Positions 1 to 10,630 of a stretch of DNA of 64,000 nt are shown here, one piece after another. Source of the stretch: Prochlorococcus sp. AG-355-G23 (lineage in GTDB: Bacteria; Cyanobacteriota; Cyanobacteriia; PCC-6307; Cyanobiaceae); contig QCDK01000004.1 in the NCBI GenBank assembly GCA_003278765.1, positions 6,437 through 70,436 on the forward strand, in the 5' to 3' direction. A program made the translations under genes and the position numbers. A model generated the notes under the pieces. It was not told the origin of the DNA and did no database searches. It saw only the letters and a list, made by a program, of their open reading frames with translations. Within the stretch, counting starts at the first letter, position 1. Every line of letters begins with the position of its first letter.

Positions 1-602
1 CTATTAAGCATTGGTCCTCTCCATATAACTGGCTGACCTTCTTCTATGAGGAAACCCATTGATACCAATGAAATTCCATACTTATTTATTGGTATTAACC
101 TTTGATCACTGCCACTACCTTCTGTAACCTTTGGATTCTGTTCGGCAACTCCCATCATTGAGGGAGTATTAGGTCCATATATATCCGCATCGAGCAAACC
201 AGTTTTCAAGCCTAATTTAGCTAGAGAACAAGCAAGATTAACTGCAATGGTACTTTTTCCAACTCCACCTTTACCACTGCTGACAGCTATGATATGCCGA
301 ATACCATCAATCTTCTGCAACTCAGGAGCATTACTTTGATTTTGAGATTCTGTTTTGGAAGGATTATTATCTATCTCTATTTGAACATCATCAATATCTT
401 CAAAATTCAGTAGTACCCCTCTAACCTCTTGGACAATTCTATCTCTCTGAGAATTTGCAAACGATGGTAACGATAATGTAACGATTACTCTAGGTATAGT
501 TACTCTTACATTTTTAATCCAAGCTAATTCAATTACATTTTTCTGTGATCCAGCATCTAGAACTTTTTGTAAAGCAAAATTCGCATCTTCTATTGTGGTC
601 AT
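1..602 (-). CDS. mrp: Mrp/NBP35 (ApbC) Fe-S carrier ATPase, 5' part (runs off window start)
   Basis: Manual minus-strand translation from ATG at 602: MTTIEDANFALQKVLDAGS...IIAVSSGKGGVGKSTIAVNLA...GLLDADIYGPNTPSMMG (deviant Walker A and DADIYGP motif). Confidence 0.9.
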   Translation of the reverse strand, partial: MTTIEDANFALQKVLDAGSQKNVIELAWIKNVRVTIPRVIVTLSLPSFANSQRDRIVQEVRGVLLNFEDIDDVQIEIDNNPSKTESQNQSNAPELQKIDGIRHIIAVSSGKGGVGKSTIAVNLACSLAKLGLKTGLLDADIYGPNTPSMMGVAEQNPKVTEGSGSDQRLIPINKYGISLVSMGFLIEEGQPVIWRGPMLN

Positions 603-761
603 TAAATTTTTAAATATTTTGACAAGGTAGTCGACTGTTTAAAAGATTAAGAACTATGTCGAACTATCAAATAATAGGCAATAAGGACCCCCTAAGAGAA
701 ATTATAAAGAGAAACTTATAATTAACCAAAAAATTTCTTTTCTTCAAGATTTACTAAATAC

Positions 762-1790
762 ATGTTGAAAGTACCTCCTAAAAACTCGAGAGAAAAAACT
801 AAAAATCTCTTATTAACTCTTCAAGACAAAATTTGTTCAGGACTTGAAAATGTAGATGGCAAAGGGAAATTTACAGAGGAATCCTGGCTAAGAGACGAAG
901 GTGGTGGTGGAAGATCAAGAGTATTGAAAAATGGTTCTATTTTTGAACAAGCTGGCGTTAATTTCTCGGAAGTAGAGGGAAAAGAATTGCCTCAATCTAT
1001 AATCTCGCAAAGGCCCGAAGCAAAAGGTCATGAATGGTTTGCTACGGGAACTTCTATGGTTTTGCATCCTAAGAATCCCTATATTCCTACAGTTCATCTG
1101 AATTATCGATATTTCGAAGCTGGTCCTGTTTGGTGGTTTGGAGGAGGTGCAGATTTAACCCCTTTTTATCCTTATCTTTCTGATGTAAGGAATTTTCATA
1201 ATGAACATAAAAAAGCCTGTGAGAAAGTTGATCAAGATTTGCATAAAGTTTTCAAACCATGGTGTGATGAATATTTCTTCTTGAAGCATAGAAATGAATC
1301 TAGAGGCATAGGAGGTATTTTTTATGATTATCAAGATGGTTCAGGCAATATTTATAGAGGAATTAATCAAAATGGAGAAGCATCAAAAGCTTCACAAAAT
1401 ATTGGTAGATCGAATTTAAATTGGGATAATTTATTTTCTTTAGCTGAAAACTGTGGGCAGGCATTCCTCCCTTCATATTTGCCCATTATTGAAAAAAGAG
1501 CTTCTAAAACATATTCATCGAATGAAAGAGATTTCCAGCTATATCGAAGAGGTAGATATGTCGAATTCAATTTAGTTTGGGATAGAGGGACGATTTTTGG
1601 ACTACAAACAAATGGCAGAACTGAATCTATATTAATGTCCTTACCGCCTTTAGCTAGATGGGAATATGGATATAAAGCTAGAAAGAATTCTCGAGAGGAA
1701 TTTCTCACATCAATATTTACAAAACCCCAAGATTGGTTAAATGATAAAGAGTTAGAGAAATTCTGTGTGGAGAATAATATTTTTGATTAA
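762..1790 (+). CDS. hemF: Oxygen-dependent coproporphyrinogen III oxidase
   Basis: [28 protein letters not shown] and [16 protein letters not shown] motifs. Confidence 0.97.
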   Translation: MLKVPPKNSREKTKNLLLTLQDKICSGLENVDGKGKFTEESWLRDEGGGGRSRVLKNGSIFEQAGVNFSEVEGKELPQSIISQRPEAKGHEWFATGTSMVLHPKNPYIPTVHLNYRYFEAGPVWWFGGGADLTPFYPYLSDVRNFHNEHKKACEKVDQDLHKVFKPWCDEYFFLKHRNESRGIGGIFYDYQDGSGNIYRGINQNGEASKASQNIGRSNLNWDNLFSLAENCGQAFLPSYLPIIEKRASKTYSSNERDFQLYRRGRYVEFNLVWDRGTIFGLQTNGRTESILMSLPPLARWEYGYKARKNSREEFLTSIFTKPQDWLNDKELEKFCVENNIFD

Positions 1791-1818
1791 AAATTATCTA
1801 ATAAAATTTTAAGGTATT

Positions 1819-2376
1819 TTAAATAGGTGTTTTAAATAAAGAACCGTCACTTTTCAACTGAAGTTTTTCTCCGAGTTCATTTTCTAAAGATATTAATTCA
1901 TCCCTATGGGCTCTAAGTCTCATAAAAGTTGAATCATTTTCATTTTCGTTGATCAACCTTAATTCAAATTTCTCCTCTCTTGCTGATTTTTTAAAATAAA
2001 CAAATCCAGACAAAGGGCCACCAATTAATCCCAAAAGAATAGGCCACCAACCTAATTCAGGATATATTTGAATAATTACCAATCCCAAAGCACAAGAACC
2101 AAAACCGCCAAGAAAACCTAAAAAGATTGCTAAAAATTTACTAGAAACAACTTGACCCTTGAATATTAAAATTCTTTGTTCAAAATCTCCTCCTGTTTGC
2201 TTCCATCCCCTCAAATTAAGCCATTCACATAAACCATTTAAAACCTTAATTGGCTGCTGAGAAGATGAAATCTCAACGATTGTTGTTCTATCTTTACTCG
2301 AAGCCCTAAGAAAAAAAAATAATCCTATAGCCAAGAGAATTGTCAGCAATAATGTTGAATTTAAGGAATATGACAT
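1819..2376 (-). CDS. Cofactor assembly of complex C subunit B (CCB1-like) membrane protein
   Basis: STLLLT..GLFFFLRASSKDRT N-terminus, three hydrophobic segments, C-terminal AHRDELI motif. Confidence 0.75.
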   Translation of the reverse strand: MSYSLNSTLLLTILLAIGLFFFLRASSKDRTTIVEISSSQQPIKVLNGLCEWLNLRGWKQTGGDFEQRILIFKGQVVSSKFLAIFLGFLGGFGSCALGLVIIQIYPELGWWPILLGLIGGPLSGFVYFKKSAREEKFELRLINENENDSTFMRLRAHRDELISLENELGEKLQLKSDGSLFKTPI

Positions 2377-2537
2377 TAAATAATTTTTCTGGTATCTCGA
2401 TAATAAAAATTAAAGTTACATCATATTATAGTTTTTAGAATTATTCTGTAAAATATTCTTATTAGATAAAAATTTTTAATTAAATAAAATCTTAAGTAAT
2501 ATTCTAAATCTTAAATTTCCTTAAATACTTATTAAAA

Positions 2538-3173
2538 ATGGCTATTGAAAATAAAAATATTGATCTTCTTTATAGCGATTTAACAGTAGATTTATACAAT
2601 CTTTATAAAAAATCATCCTACCTAGCTATTGACACTGAAGCAATGGGTTTAATACATGGAAGAGATAGACTCTGCTTAGTACAAATATGCAATGAATTTA
2701 AAAGAACATCCTGTATAAAAATAGAACTTAATACTTCTTCTTCACCTCTTTTAAAAAAACTTCTTGAAGATAACAAAATTACTAAAATATTTCACTATGC
2801 GAGATTTGATGTAGCAGCTCTAAAATGCAATCTCGAAATTAATACAAAAAATATTTTTTGTACAAAAATTGCTAGTAAGTTGGCAAGAACTTATACAAAT
2901 AAACACGGTTTAAAAGATTTAATAAATGAATTGTTAGGTATTGAATTGGACAAAAGCTCGCAAAGTAGCGACTGGGGTAGCAACGAAGATTTAACAAAAG
3001 ATCAATTAGATTACGCGGCAAATGATGTCAGATATTTAATTGAAGCTATGCATAAATTAAAAGTTATATTAGAAAGAGAGAAAAGATATGAATTAGCTCA
3101 AAAATGTTTCGAGACAGTTTCTGTACATGCTGATTTAGACATACTAAGATTCTCAAATATATTTGAACATTAA
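2538..3173 (+). CDS. rnd: Ribonuclease D-like 3'-5' exonuclease
   Basis: AIDTEAMGL..RDRLCLVQ, FHYARFD, SSDWG and YAANDV DEDDy motifs. Confidence 0.9.
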   Translation: MAIENKNIDLLYSDLTVDLYNLYKKSSYLAIDTEAMGLIHGRDRLCLVQICNEFKRTSCIKIELNTSSSPLLKKLLEDNKITKIFHYARFDVAALKCNLEINTKNIFCTKIASKLARTYTNKHGLKDLINELLGIELDKSSQSSDWGSNEDLTKDQLDYAANDVRYLIEAMHKLKVILEREKRYELAQKCFETVSVHADLDILRFSNIFEH

Positions 3174-3176
3174 GAA

Positions 3177-3443
3177 TCAATCTTCAGTTAAAAAATTATC
3201 TTCACCATCAAGAGTTTCCATAAGCTTATCAAGTATTCTTGAAGAACTTAATTTATCTCCATCATTTTTTTCACAAATTTTTAAAACATTTTGCGCAACT
3301 TGTATTTTTTCTTGAATAGTTTTCGAACCTTCTTTTGCAATTTGAATTTCTACTTTCTTTTTAGCAGAAGATAAGCTTATACTCATAAGTTTTGCAATCT
3401 CTGCACAAATTTTTAGATATTGCCGATCATTTATTGGATACAT
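3177..3443 (-). CDS. Conserved hypothetical protein (88 aa)
   Basis: Fills the gap between neighbours; acidic C-terminus DNFLTED. Confidence 0.65.
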   Translation of the reverse strand: MYPINDRQYLKICAEIAKLMSISLSSAKKKVEIQIAKEGSKTIQEKIQVAQNVLKICEKNDGDKLSSSRILDKLMETLDGEDNFLTED

Positions 3444-3478
3444 AAAAGAATTAATAATTAATAAGCTAACGCCATTTA

Positions 3479-4708
3479 CTAAGATAACAAATGAAGGTTT
3501 ATGGCATCTACGATTTTCTTACTTGCTCCTGGTTCCCCCATTCTTTTTTTTCCAATTTTTGCTTGTTCTAACCTATCAACTTTTCCATTCAAAAGTAAAC
3601 TTAAACGTTTTAAAAGAATTTTTTTATTCTTGCAGACTTTAACACTACCTCCCAATAATCTTGATTGCCTTTTTGCAAATGATTTTGTAAATTGTGGTCC
3701 AGTCCCCGGTAGAGAAAGAGATGGAATTCCAAGGCCAGCAATTTGCTCTGTAGCTGTTCCTGCATTAGACAAGCCAACTTCTGCCATATTTGCCCATAAA
3801 TTGAATTTACCTTTTCCAATCACTAAATATTGATCTTTCTTTTTCCATACTGAATCTTCATCAATTAGAAATTTAACTTTACTCTGTTTTATAAAACCAT
3901 ATTTATTCAAATAATTTTGAATTTGAATCACATTCGCATTAATGCTCAAAGGCAAAAGTATTAGCAAATCTTTTGATAAATCAAAATCTTGCAAACAATT
4001 TAGAAAATTATCAAGATTTTTAAGAGCTTCAGGGTATCTACTTCCAACTAATAAAATAATCCTTTTAAAGTAAATAATATTTGATATCTTATCGTTTGTT
4101 GCATTAACAAAATCCATCATTGGATTACCCAAGTATTTTGCATCAATATTTTTTTTATTCAAATTATTAGCTGTAATTCTATCTCTCATAATTAAATTTT
4201 TACATCTCGGAGATTTCATTAAAAACATTTCCCATGGATCCCATTCAGAACCTTTTAACTTATGATAAAAATCGCTTAAATCCCAACCCGGTTCACTACT
4301 CCAAGTATGATCACTTTTGGGAGTTCCAATGAAACTAAATTCGCATTCTGAACTCCAAGCGTAGAGTAATGGCAAGAAATCGCCTACAGCAATAATTTTG
4401 CAGTTATGTTTTGATTTCTGTTTTACAAGTAGAAAATTTCTTAAATTATCTATTAAAAATCCTGCAAACAAATCAAGCACAAATCCCTTCAGACTTTGAT
4501 TACTAAAGCCTCCACTAGGCAGCTCTTTTAAATTTCCTATTTTACTAAAATTCTTTGATTTTATGGAATTAAATACATCTCCATTACCTACTAAAGGCAA
4601 AGCTTCAATATTTTTATTTTTTATTTTTTTTAATAATCTTTTTATTATCTCCGATGCGATTACATCTTCTCCATGACCATTGCATATAAATAATAGAGAA
4701 TGAGACAC
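3479..4708 (-). CDS. Lipid-A-disaccharide synthase-related glycosyltransferase-like protein; probable start GTG at 4708
   Basis: LFICNGHGED N-terminal motif, LPSGGF, GNPMMD, AGTATEQ, GPQFT..FA. The longer ORF-track start (4897) runs antisense through tRNA-Cys. Confidence 0.8.
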   Translation of the reverse strand: MSHSLLFICNGHGEDVIASEIIKRLLKKIKNKNIEALPLVGNGDVFNSIKSKNFSKIGNLKELPSGGFSNQSLKGFVLDLFAGFLIDNLRNFLLVKQKSKHNCKIIAVGDFLPLLYAWSSECEFSFIGTPKSDHTWSSEPGWDLSDFYHKLKGSEWDPWEMFLMKSPRCKNLIMRDRITANNLNKKNIDAKYLGNPMMDFVNATNDKISNIIYFKRIILLVGSRYPEALKNLDNFLNCLQDFDLSKDLLILLPLSINANVIQIQNYLNKYGFIKQSKVKFLIDEDSVWKKKDQYLVIGKGKFNLWANMAEVGLSNAGTATEQIAGLGIPSLSLPGTGPQFTKSFAKRQSRLLGGSVKVCKNKKILLKRLSLLLNGKVDRLEQAKIGKKRMGEPGASKKIVDAINLHLLS

Positions 4709-4750
4709 CTTACTGTTAAGATCATAAAAAGACTTATTCGAATCTTTTTC

Positions 4751-4821
4751 GGCGGCATGGCCAAGTGGTAAGGCAGAGGATTGCAAATCCTTTATCCCCA
4801 GTTCGAATCTGGGTGCCGCCT
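4751..4821 (+). tRNA. tRNA-Cys (GCA)
   Basis: GGCGGCATGGCCAAGTGGTAAGGCAGAGGATTGCAAATCCTTTATCCCCAGTTCGAATCTGGGTGCCGCCT: cloverleaf, GCA anticodon, TTCGAAT T-loop. Confidence 0.97.
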
Positions 4822-5032
4822 TATTTAATTTTTTTAAGCATTTAATAATGAGGTTTTCTAAGAATTTCAATTTCAAATAAAGGGTATAACGTTTCAATTA
4901 CTTATTGATATATAGAAAAATAATCTTTTCTTTAATTGTTTATAAATAATACCCGATATCTATTAATAAATAAAATTTAATTGATTTATTGATTATTTTC
5001 ATCAGATTCTTTATATGAAAATTTGAGTTATT

Positions 5033-5200
5033 TTAATAATCATTATCTGCAACACACATTCCTAGACATCTAACACCATTTGATGCAGTCCTTTTGCAAT
5101 GATTACATAAAATGGGATCTTTCTCTGAAGTAAGGTTAATTTTTGAATTATTTTGGTCTTTAAAACTTATTAACTCTTGTTTTGAATCAAATAGAGTCAT
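5033..5200 (-). CDS. Small Cys-rich hypothetical protein (~55 aa; start uncertain)
   Basis: C-terminus PILCNHCKRTASNGVRCLGMCVADNDY; ATG at 5200 overlaps the end of the upstream gene. Confidence 0.6.
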   Translation of the reverse strand: MTLFDSKQELISFKDQNNSKINLTSEKDPILCNHCKRTASNGVRCLGMCVADNDY

Positions 5201-5831
5201 TCTTGGAATCATCAATTGAATCGATACTAACAACAAGTGAAGCATTAGTGTTGGAAGAGGGTATATCCATAATTTTTACAGTTTCTTTAGGCTCATCAAT
5301 CACTTGATTTTCTTCAGTACTCTCATCAACAGCACAAGCTTCTAGAGCCTCTCGAAGTAGTGAATCAAAAGTTGCTCCAGGCAATCTATGTCTAGCCACC
5401 TCAAGAAAAGTTCTCGGTAAAGATTCAGATGCAGCATCTCGTAAAGCAGGATTATTCTTTCTATGTTCTTGTTCTTCTTCTATTGATTTAATAAACCTCA
5501 GTGTGACATCTCTTTTGGTAGAAGCTTTTATCAGAGTATCGTTTTCCGGATTACTAACATTAGGTTCATTTTCAAGATCACTAAGTCTTTTTTCTAAACT
5601 ATTTAAAACTTCATTAGCTTCTTTACTAATGTGCGCTAATTGACCATCGGACAAATTAGGTAAATCAGCGACAAAAACTTTCCCATGATCCCTTAGTGTC
5701 AAAAAAGTTGGTCTTGGGCCTTGAGCCTGTCTACCAACTGATTCAGAATTATTACCTATTGGTCTTTTTGGAGGTGTAGGGCCAGCTGAACTACGTCTAC
5801 GTGTAATTCTATGATTATTTGCAAAGGGCAT
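5187..5831 (-). CDS. Conserved hypothetical protein (coiled coil, basic N-terminus)
   Basis: 214-aa ORF; RPTFLTLRDHGKVFVADLP and ESLPRTFLEVARHRLPGATFDSLLREAL blocks resemble picocyanobacterial core hypotheticals. Confidence 0.75.
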   Translation of the reverse strand: MPFANNHRITRRRSSAGPTPPKRPIGNNSESVGRQAQGPRPTFLTLRDHGKVFVADLPNLSDGQLAHISKEANEVLNSLEKRLSDLENEPNVSNPENDTLIKASTKRDVTLRFIKSIEEEQEHRKNNPALRDAASESLPRTFLEVARHRLPGATFDSLLREALEACAVDESTEENQVIDEPKETVKIMDIPSSNTNASLVVSIDSIDDSKNDSI

Positions 5832-5963
5832 TGAATAAAGGTTAAATCTTAATACTTAAACTTCCGATATAATTCGGCGGTAATTTTATTATATTACACC
5901 TAACTTTTTCATTTGGGTATAAAAAATAATTTTTTAAAACTCATTTAAAAAAGATAAAAAAAT

Positions 5964-7007
5964 TTAAGTCAAAATTTCTGGCAAAAATTTACCAATTGTT
6001 GAATCATTTTTTCGAACTATCTTTCCAATTTCCCAACTATCAATATCATAATCTTTACAGATGCTTAATATCGCATCCTTAAATTGTTTATCAATAATTA
6101 AACAAAATCCCACTCCAAGATTGAAAGTATTCCAAAAATCTTTTTCAGGAATAGATCCTTTCTCTTTAAGGAATTTAAATAAAATAGGTATTTGCCAAGA
6201 ACTGGTATTGATATAAGGAATAAAATCAGAAGGAATACATCTTGGTAAATTTTCTGGAATTCCTCCTCCAGTTATATGAGACATTGCTTTAATTTCAATA
6301 TCTTCAGATAACATTTGGTTAATCACATTATTGTAAATTTTTGTAGGTTTCAATAACTCATCATAAAAATTTAAGTGAGAAACTTTTTCAAATTCTTTAT
6401 CTATTTGCTTATTGTTTTGAATAATTTTTCTTACTAAACTAAAGCCGTTACTATGAACTCCATTACTTTTTAAAGCAATTATTAAGTCATTTTCAGAGAC
6501 TTTTTTACCATTTATAAGCTTATCCTCATCAACTATTCCAACACAAAATCCTGCTAGATCATACTTATTTTTTGAATAAAATCCAGGCATTTCAGCAGTC
6601 TCTCCGCCGAGTAATGAACAGTTATTTTCTCCGCATCCATGTGAAATTCCCTGAACAACCCTCAATAATTGTTTCTTATCAAGCTTACCGGTAGCAATAT
6701 AATCTAGAAAAAATAAAGGTTTTGCACCACTAGTAATGATATCGTTCATGCACATAGCAACTAAATCAATACCAACCTCAAAGTGAAAGTTTTTACTTTG
6801 GGCTAATTCTAATTTTGTTCCAACACCATCAGTCCCTGAAACAAGAACTGGTTTTTTAAAACTATCGATAGGAATTCTAAACAAACCTCCGAACCCGCCA
6901 ATACCCTCAATCACATTAGATGTATGAGTTCCTTCAACTGCCTGTTTAATTTCGGAAACAAATTCTCGTCCAGCTTCTATATCAACACCTGATGTTTTGT
7001 AATCCAT
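5964..7007 (-). CDS. purM: Phosphoribosylformylglycinamidine cyclo-ligase (AIR synthetase)
   Basis: DYKTSGVDI, GGFGGLF, TDGVGTK, GGETAEMPG, HSNGFSL, HITGGG. Confidence 0.97.
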   Translation of the reverse strand: MDYKTSGVDIEAGREFVSEIKQAVEGTHTSNVIEGIGGFGGLFRIPIDSFKKPVLVSGTDGVGTKLELAQSKNFHFEVGIDLVAMCMNDIITSGAKPLFFLDYIATGKLDKKQLLRVVQGISHGCGENNCSLLGGETAEMPGFYSKNKYDLAGFCVGIVDEDKLINGKKVSENDLIIALKSNGVHSNGFSLVRKIIQNNKQIDKEFEKVSHLNFYDELLKPTKIYNNVINQMLSEDIEIKAMSHITGGGIPENLPRCIPSDFIPYINTSSWQIPILFKFLKEKGSIPEKDFWNTFNLGVGFCLIIDKQFKDAILSICKDYDIDSWEIGKIVRKNDSTIGKFLPEILT

Positions 7008-7105
7008 GAAATAAAAATGATAGACTTTCCCTATATAGATATTCCTCCTAAGATTGCTTTTGTCCAGTAATTATTTATCAAATAGATTTATTTTTTAAAA
7101 ACAAA

Positions 7106-8642
7106 GTGAAGAAAGTAATTATAAGGAAAACTGAAGAAATAGAAAATTGGAGGAGAAATACTAAAAGTGAAATTAACTTAATCCCGACAATGGGTAATCT
7201 TCATGATGGTCATATTAAACTAATATCAACAGCAAAAAATGACAATTCTAATATTAATTTAGTAAGTATTTTTATTAATCCACTTCAATTTGATAACAAG
7301 TTAGATTTAGAGAATTACCCTAAAACAATTGATAATGATATAAAAATCTCCTTTTCAAATGGCGCAGATGCTATCTTCATCCCAAGTAATGAAGATATAT
7401 ATCCACCGAATAATAAAAATATTAAATTCCTAAAAGCTCCAAAAGAATTATCTTCTACATTATGTGGATTAAATCGAGTTGGACATTTTGATGGCGTTTG
7501 TACAGTAGTTTATAGATTACTTAATCTCATCAAGCCAAAAAATCTTTACTTAGGAGAAAAAGATTGGCAACAACTGTTAATTTTAAAAAATCTTGTCATT
7601 AGAAAGAAATTAAATGTTTCTATTAAATCCATTCCTACACAAAGAGATTTTGATGGAATTCCTTTTAGTTCACGTAATGTACATTTATCAAAAAAAACGA
7701 AAGAAAATTGATTAAGTTTTTTTCAAGTGAGTTATTAGAAGCAAAAAAAAAAATTTTCAACAAGATAAAAAGATCAATTTAAACCAAATAATTAAGAAGC
7801 TATCAACAAAAAAAATTTCTATTGAATATTTAGAACATTTACACCCTTATACACTCCAAAAAGCAAGACTTGAGGATAATATTTCGTTATTGGCTGGTGC
7901 GATAAGATGTGGAGAGACAAGATTAATTGATCACGTTTTTCTTATGAAAAGAAGGCCGATTATTGCAATTGATGGTCCTGCAGGTTCAGGAAAAAGTACA
8001 GTAACAAAGTTAATAGCGAAGAAGCTTAAACTTTTATATTTAGATACTGGCGCAATGTATAGGGCATTGAGTTGGCTTATGATAAAAGAAAGTATTGATT
8101 ATAAAAAAGAAAAAAAATTAAAGAATATTCTCAAAAATATATCTATAGTTTTCAAGTCGAATACAAATTCACATCAGGATGTTTATATTAACGACTACTG
8201 TGTTACTGAAGAAATTAGGACGCAAAAGATAAGTTCCATCGTTTCTAAAATTTCCTCAATAAAAGAAGTAAGAAAATTCTTAGTAGAAGAACAAAGAAAA
8301 ATTGGAGAATCAGGCGGACTTGTGGCTGAGGGAAGAGATATAGGAACTACTGTTTTTCCTAATGCAGAACTTAAAATATTTCTAACTGCTAGCATCGATG
8401 AAAGAGCAAAAAGAAGAAAATCTGATAAAAATAGTAAAGACTCACAAGAAATAGACCTTCATACATTAAAAGAACTTATCAAGAAAAGAGATTTTGAAGA
8501 TTCCAGTAGAGAAATTTCACCTTTAATAAAAGCGAATGACGCAATAGAAATTATTACAGACGGACATACAATTAATGAGGTAGTGGACAAAATTATTGAC
8601 CTTTATAATGACAAGATTCCTAAAGAGACTGAGATCAAATAA
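7106..8642 (+). CDS. panC/cmk: Bifunctional pantoate-beta-alanine ligase / cytidylate kinase; frame broken at two A-runs (7690-7697, 7743-7753)
   Basis: PTMGNLHDGH, GEKDWQQ, SSRN (PanC) and IAIDGPAGSGKST, DTGAMYR, EGRDIGT (Cmk). Adjusting the two A-runs restores ...HLSKNERKLIKFFSSELLEAKK...RLIDH. Confidence 0.9.
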
Positions 8643-8644
8643 AT

Positions 8645-9119
8645 TTAAGAAATACTTTCCAAAAAAACCGTTTACAGAGTCTTCTAAAATATCAAGGACA
8701 TAATCGAAGCCCTCATCACCTCCAAAATATGGGTCAGGAACTTCTTGCTCATTAAAAACTGATCTAAAATCTTGTATTTTTTTTATTGATGCAAAACCAG
8801 TTGAAGCTGTTCTATTTTTAAGATCTTGAATATTTCTAAAATTTGAATCGTCCATTGCAAGAATATAGTTAAAGTCGTCAAAATCTTTGCTAGTAATTTG
8901 ACGAGCCTTGCTTAAGATATTTATATCTCTTCTTTCTGCCGCAATTCTCATCCTAGAATCAGCTTCTTTTCCAATATGCCAACTCCCAGTTCCGGCAGAA
9001 TCTACAATAAAGCCATCTTTTAACCCCTTCTTTACAAGTAGACTTATAAAAATGGATTCTGCTGCAGGAGATCTACAAATATTTCCTAAACATACAAAAA
9101 GAACAGAAATTTTTTTCAT
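8645..9119 (-). CDS. ptpA: Low-molecular-weight protein-tyrosine phosphatase; extra base in run 8661-8667 near 3' end
   Basis: VCLGNICRSP active-site loop and VPDPYFG. Removing one base gives ...NGFLESIS* ending at 8645, next to the cmk stop. Confidence 0.9.
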
Positions 9120-9151
9120 ATGACTTCAAATTCCAGTTGATTATAAGACTT

Positions 9152-9914
9152 TTAAGTGGTAAATAAAACTTCTTTGATTAATGATTCAGTAAATTCTTTA
9201 CCAAACAAACTCGACAACATTGGCCTTGCTGGATCGTTATCTCTTCTATAATTCAAATAATTATTTTGACCGTTTATTAATTCTTTTTGCATTTCAATGT
9301 TGACTTCTTTGCTTTCGAAAAGAATTTCCAAATACAAATCAAGATATTCCTTAAATGCAGTATAAAGCTGATTAGTAATTAAAAAATCACTTCTTTCTTC
9401 TTTTGGTAATTTTGACCATATTACTCCTGGAGAAAAAAAATCTAGCTACATCCGCAGACATTTTTTCAGCTAATGGGAGTGATGAATGGCAATGATTTTT
9501 GAGTTTTATAAGTTTTTCTAATAACTCATTATTGTATTGATTTTGTATTTTTAATGAAGGCTGAAAATCTAATACTAATAAATAACTATTAGGTAGAGAA
9601 ACGAAATCTACTCCAAAAAATGGGACGTTATAAATAGTATTAGGAATAATTAAAAAATTTAAAACAGAATAATTTGGACTATTTATACAAACTGCTCTTG
9701 CAAATTGAATTCTTTTTTTATGCGTTACACCCCAAGTAGATAGATTGACATTTTTTTTTGATTTTTTTGAACCATAAGTTGAATCTTTATAAGAATATTC
9801 TGAGGGTATTGTTTTTTCTAAACAGTTATATTTACTTAAATTATTTGTTAAATATTTTAAAAAATTATGCCATCTCCAATCTGGCCTGTAAAAAATTGTA
9901 TCTTGTATTAACAT
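9152..9914 (-). CDS. pebB: Phycoerythrobilin:ferredoxin oxidoreductase; frameshift at run 9433-9440
   Basis: Ferredoxin-dependent bilin reductase motifs [18 protein letters not shown] and [12 protein letters not shown] split over two ORFs; directly downstream of pebA. Confidence 0.9.
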
Positions 9915-10625
9915 TCAATTAATAATCTCATTATTTAATGTAAATAGAAATTTATTGATAAATTTTTTTGTCCATTTTTCTCCAAAAAAAGATTTAAACA
10001 ATTTATCTGCAGGGTCTTTTTCAAAACTGTACTTATCATATTTAATTTGATTAATCTTTATTTCTTCTGCATTTAAAAAGTGATTAACTGGATTCGATTT
10101 ATAAATGTTCAAATAATTATTTACAAATGAATGGAATATATTATTTAAATCTCTATCAAGATTTAATTTATTTCCTCTACATATAATCACCCATGGGGAA
10201 AAATACTTTTTTGAATCATATATATTCTTCATTTTATTATTATCAAATGCAGAATATTTTTTCTTAATACTACCTAAACTTGAACAATATTTTTCAAGAT
10301 AATTTCTTTCTTGAATTAAAGGTTGATAATCAAGTATTGCTAATAACTTTTGAGAAGTTCCAAACCATAAAATATCAGCTCCTAAAATAGGCATTTCACT
10401 ATCAAACTTAGGATATGCGACCGTATTAAACACTTGCAGTTTTTTGCCACCATCTAATCTTGTTATTCGCCACTTTCTATATTCTGGAGATGAAAAAAGC
10501 CAATTTTTAATGATATATTTTGAGTCTTCATTGTGATGTTCTTTGAATTCACTAGATATTTGTACTTCATGTCCATTTAATTCATCAATATTGGTTTTAA
10601 GGAAATCAACTAATGAATCAAACAT
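9915..10625 (-). CDS. pebA: 15,16-dihydrobiliverdin:ferredoxin oxidoreductase
   Basis: [38 protein letters not shown]. Confidence 0.93.
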   Translation of the reverse strand: MFDSLVDFLKTNIDELNGHEVQISSEFKEHHNEDSKYIIKNWLFSSPEYRKWRITRLDGGKKLQVFNTVAYPKFDSEMPILGADILWFGTSQKLLAILDYQPLIQERNYLEKYCSSLGSIKKKYSAFDNNKMKNIYDSKKYFSPWVIICRGNKLNLDRDLNNIFHSFVNNYLNIYKSNPVNHFLNAEEIKINQIKYDKYSFEKDPADKLFKSFFGEKWTKKFINKFLFTLNNEIIN

Positions 10626-10630
10626 AAAAA

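Noticed and set aside
4822-5032. AT-rich gap after tRNA-Cys as a possible integration site or island scar (the other two tRNAs were also considered)
   Set aside because: No duplicated tRNA 3' end, integrase or foreign ORF seen; flanks are core genes.
8523-8644. Apparent 120-nt convergent overlap of ptpA with cmk
   Set aside because: Caused by the extra base at 8661-8667; the corrected ptpA stops at 8645.
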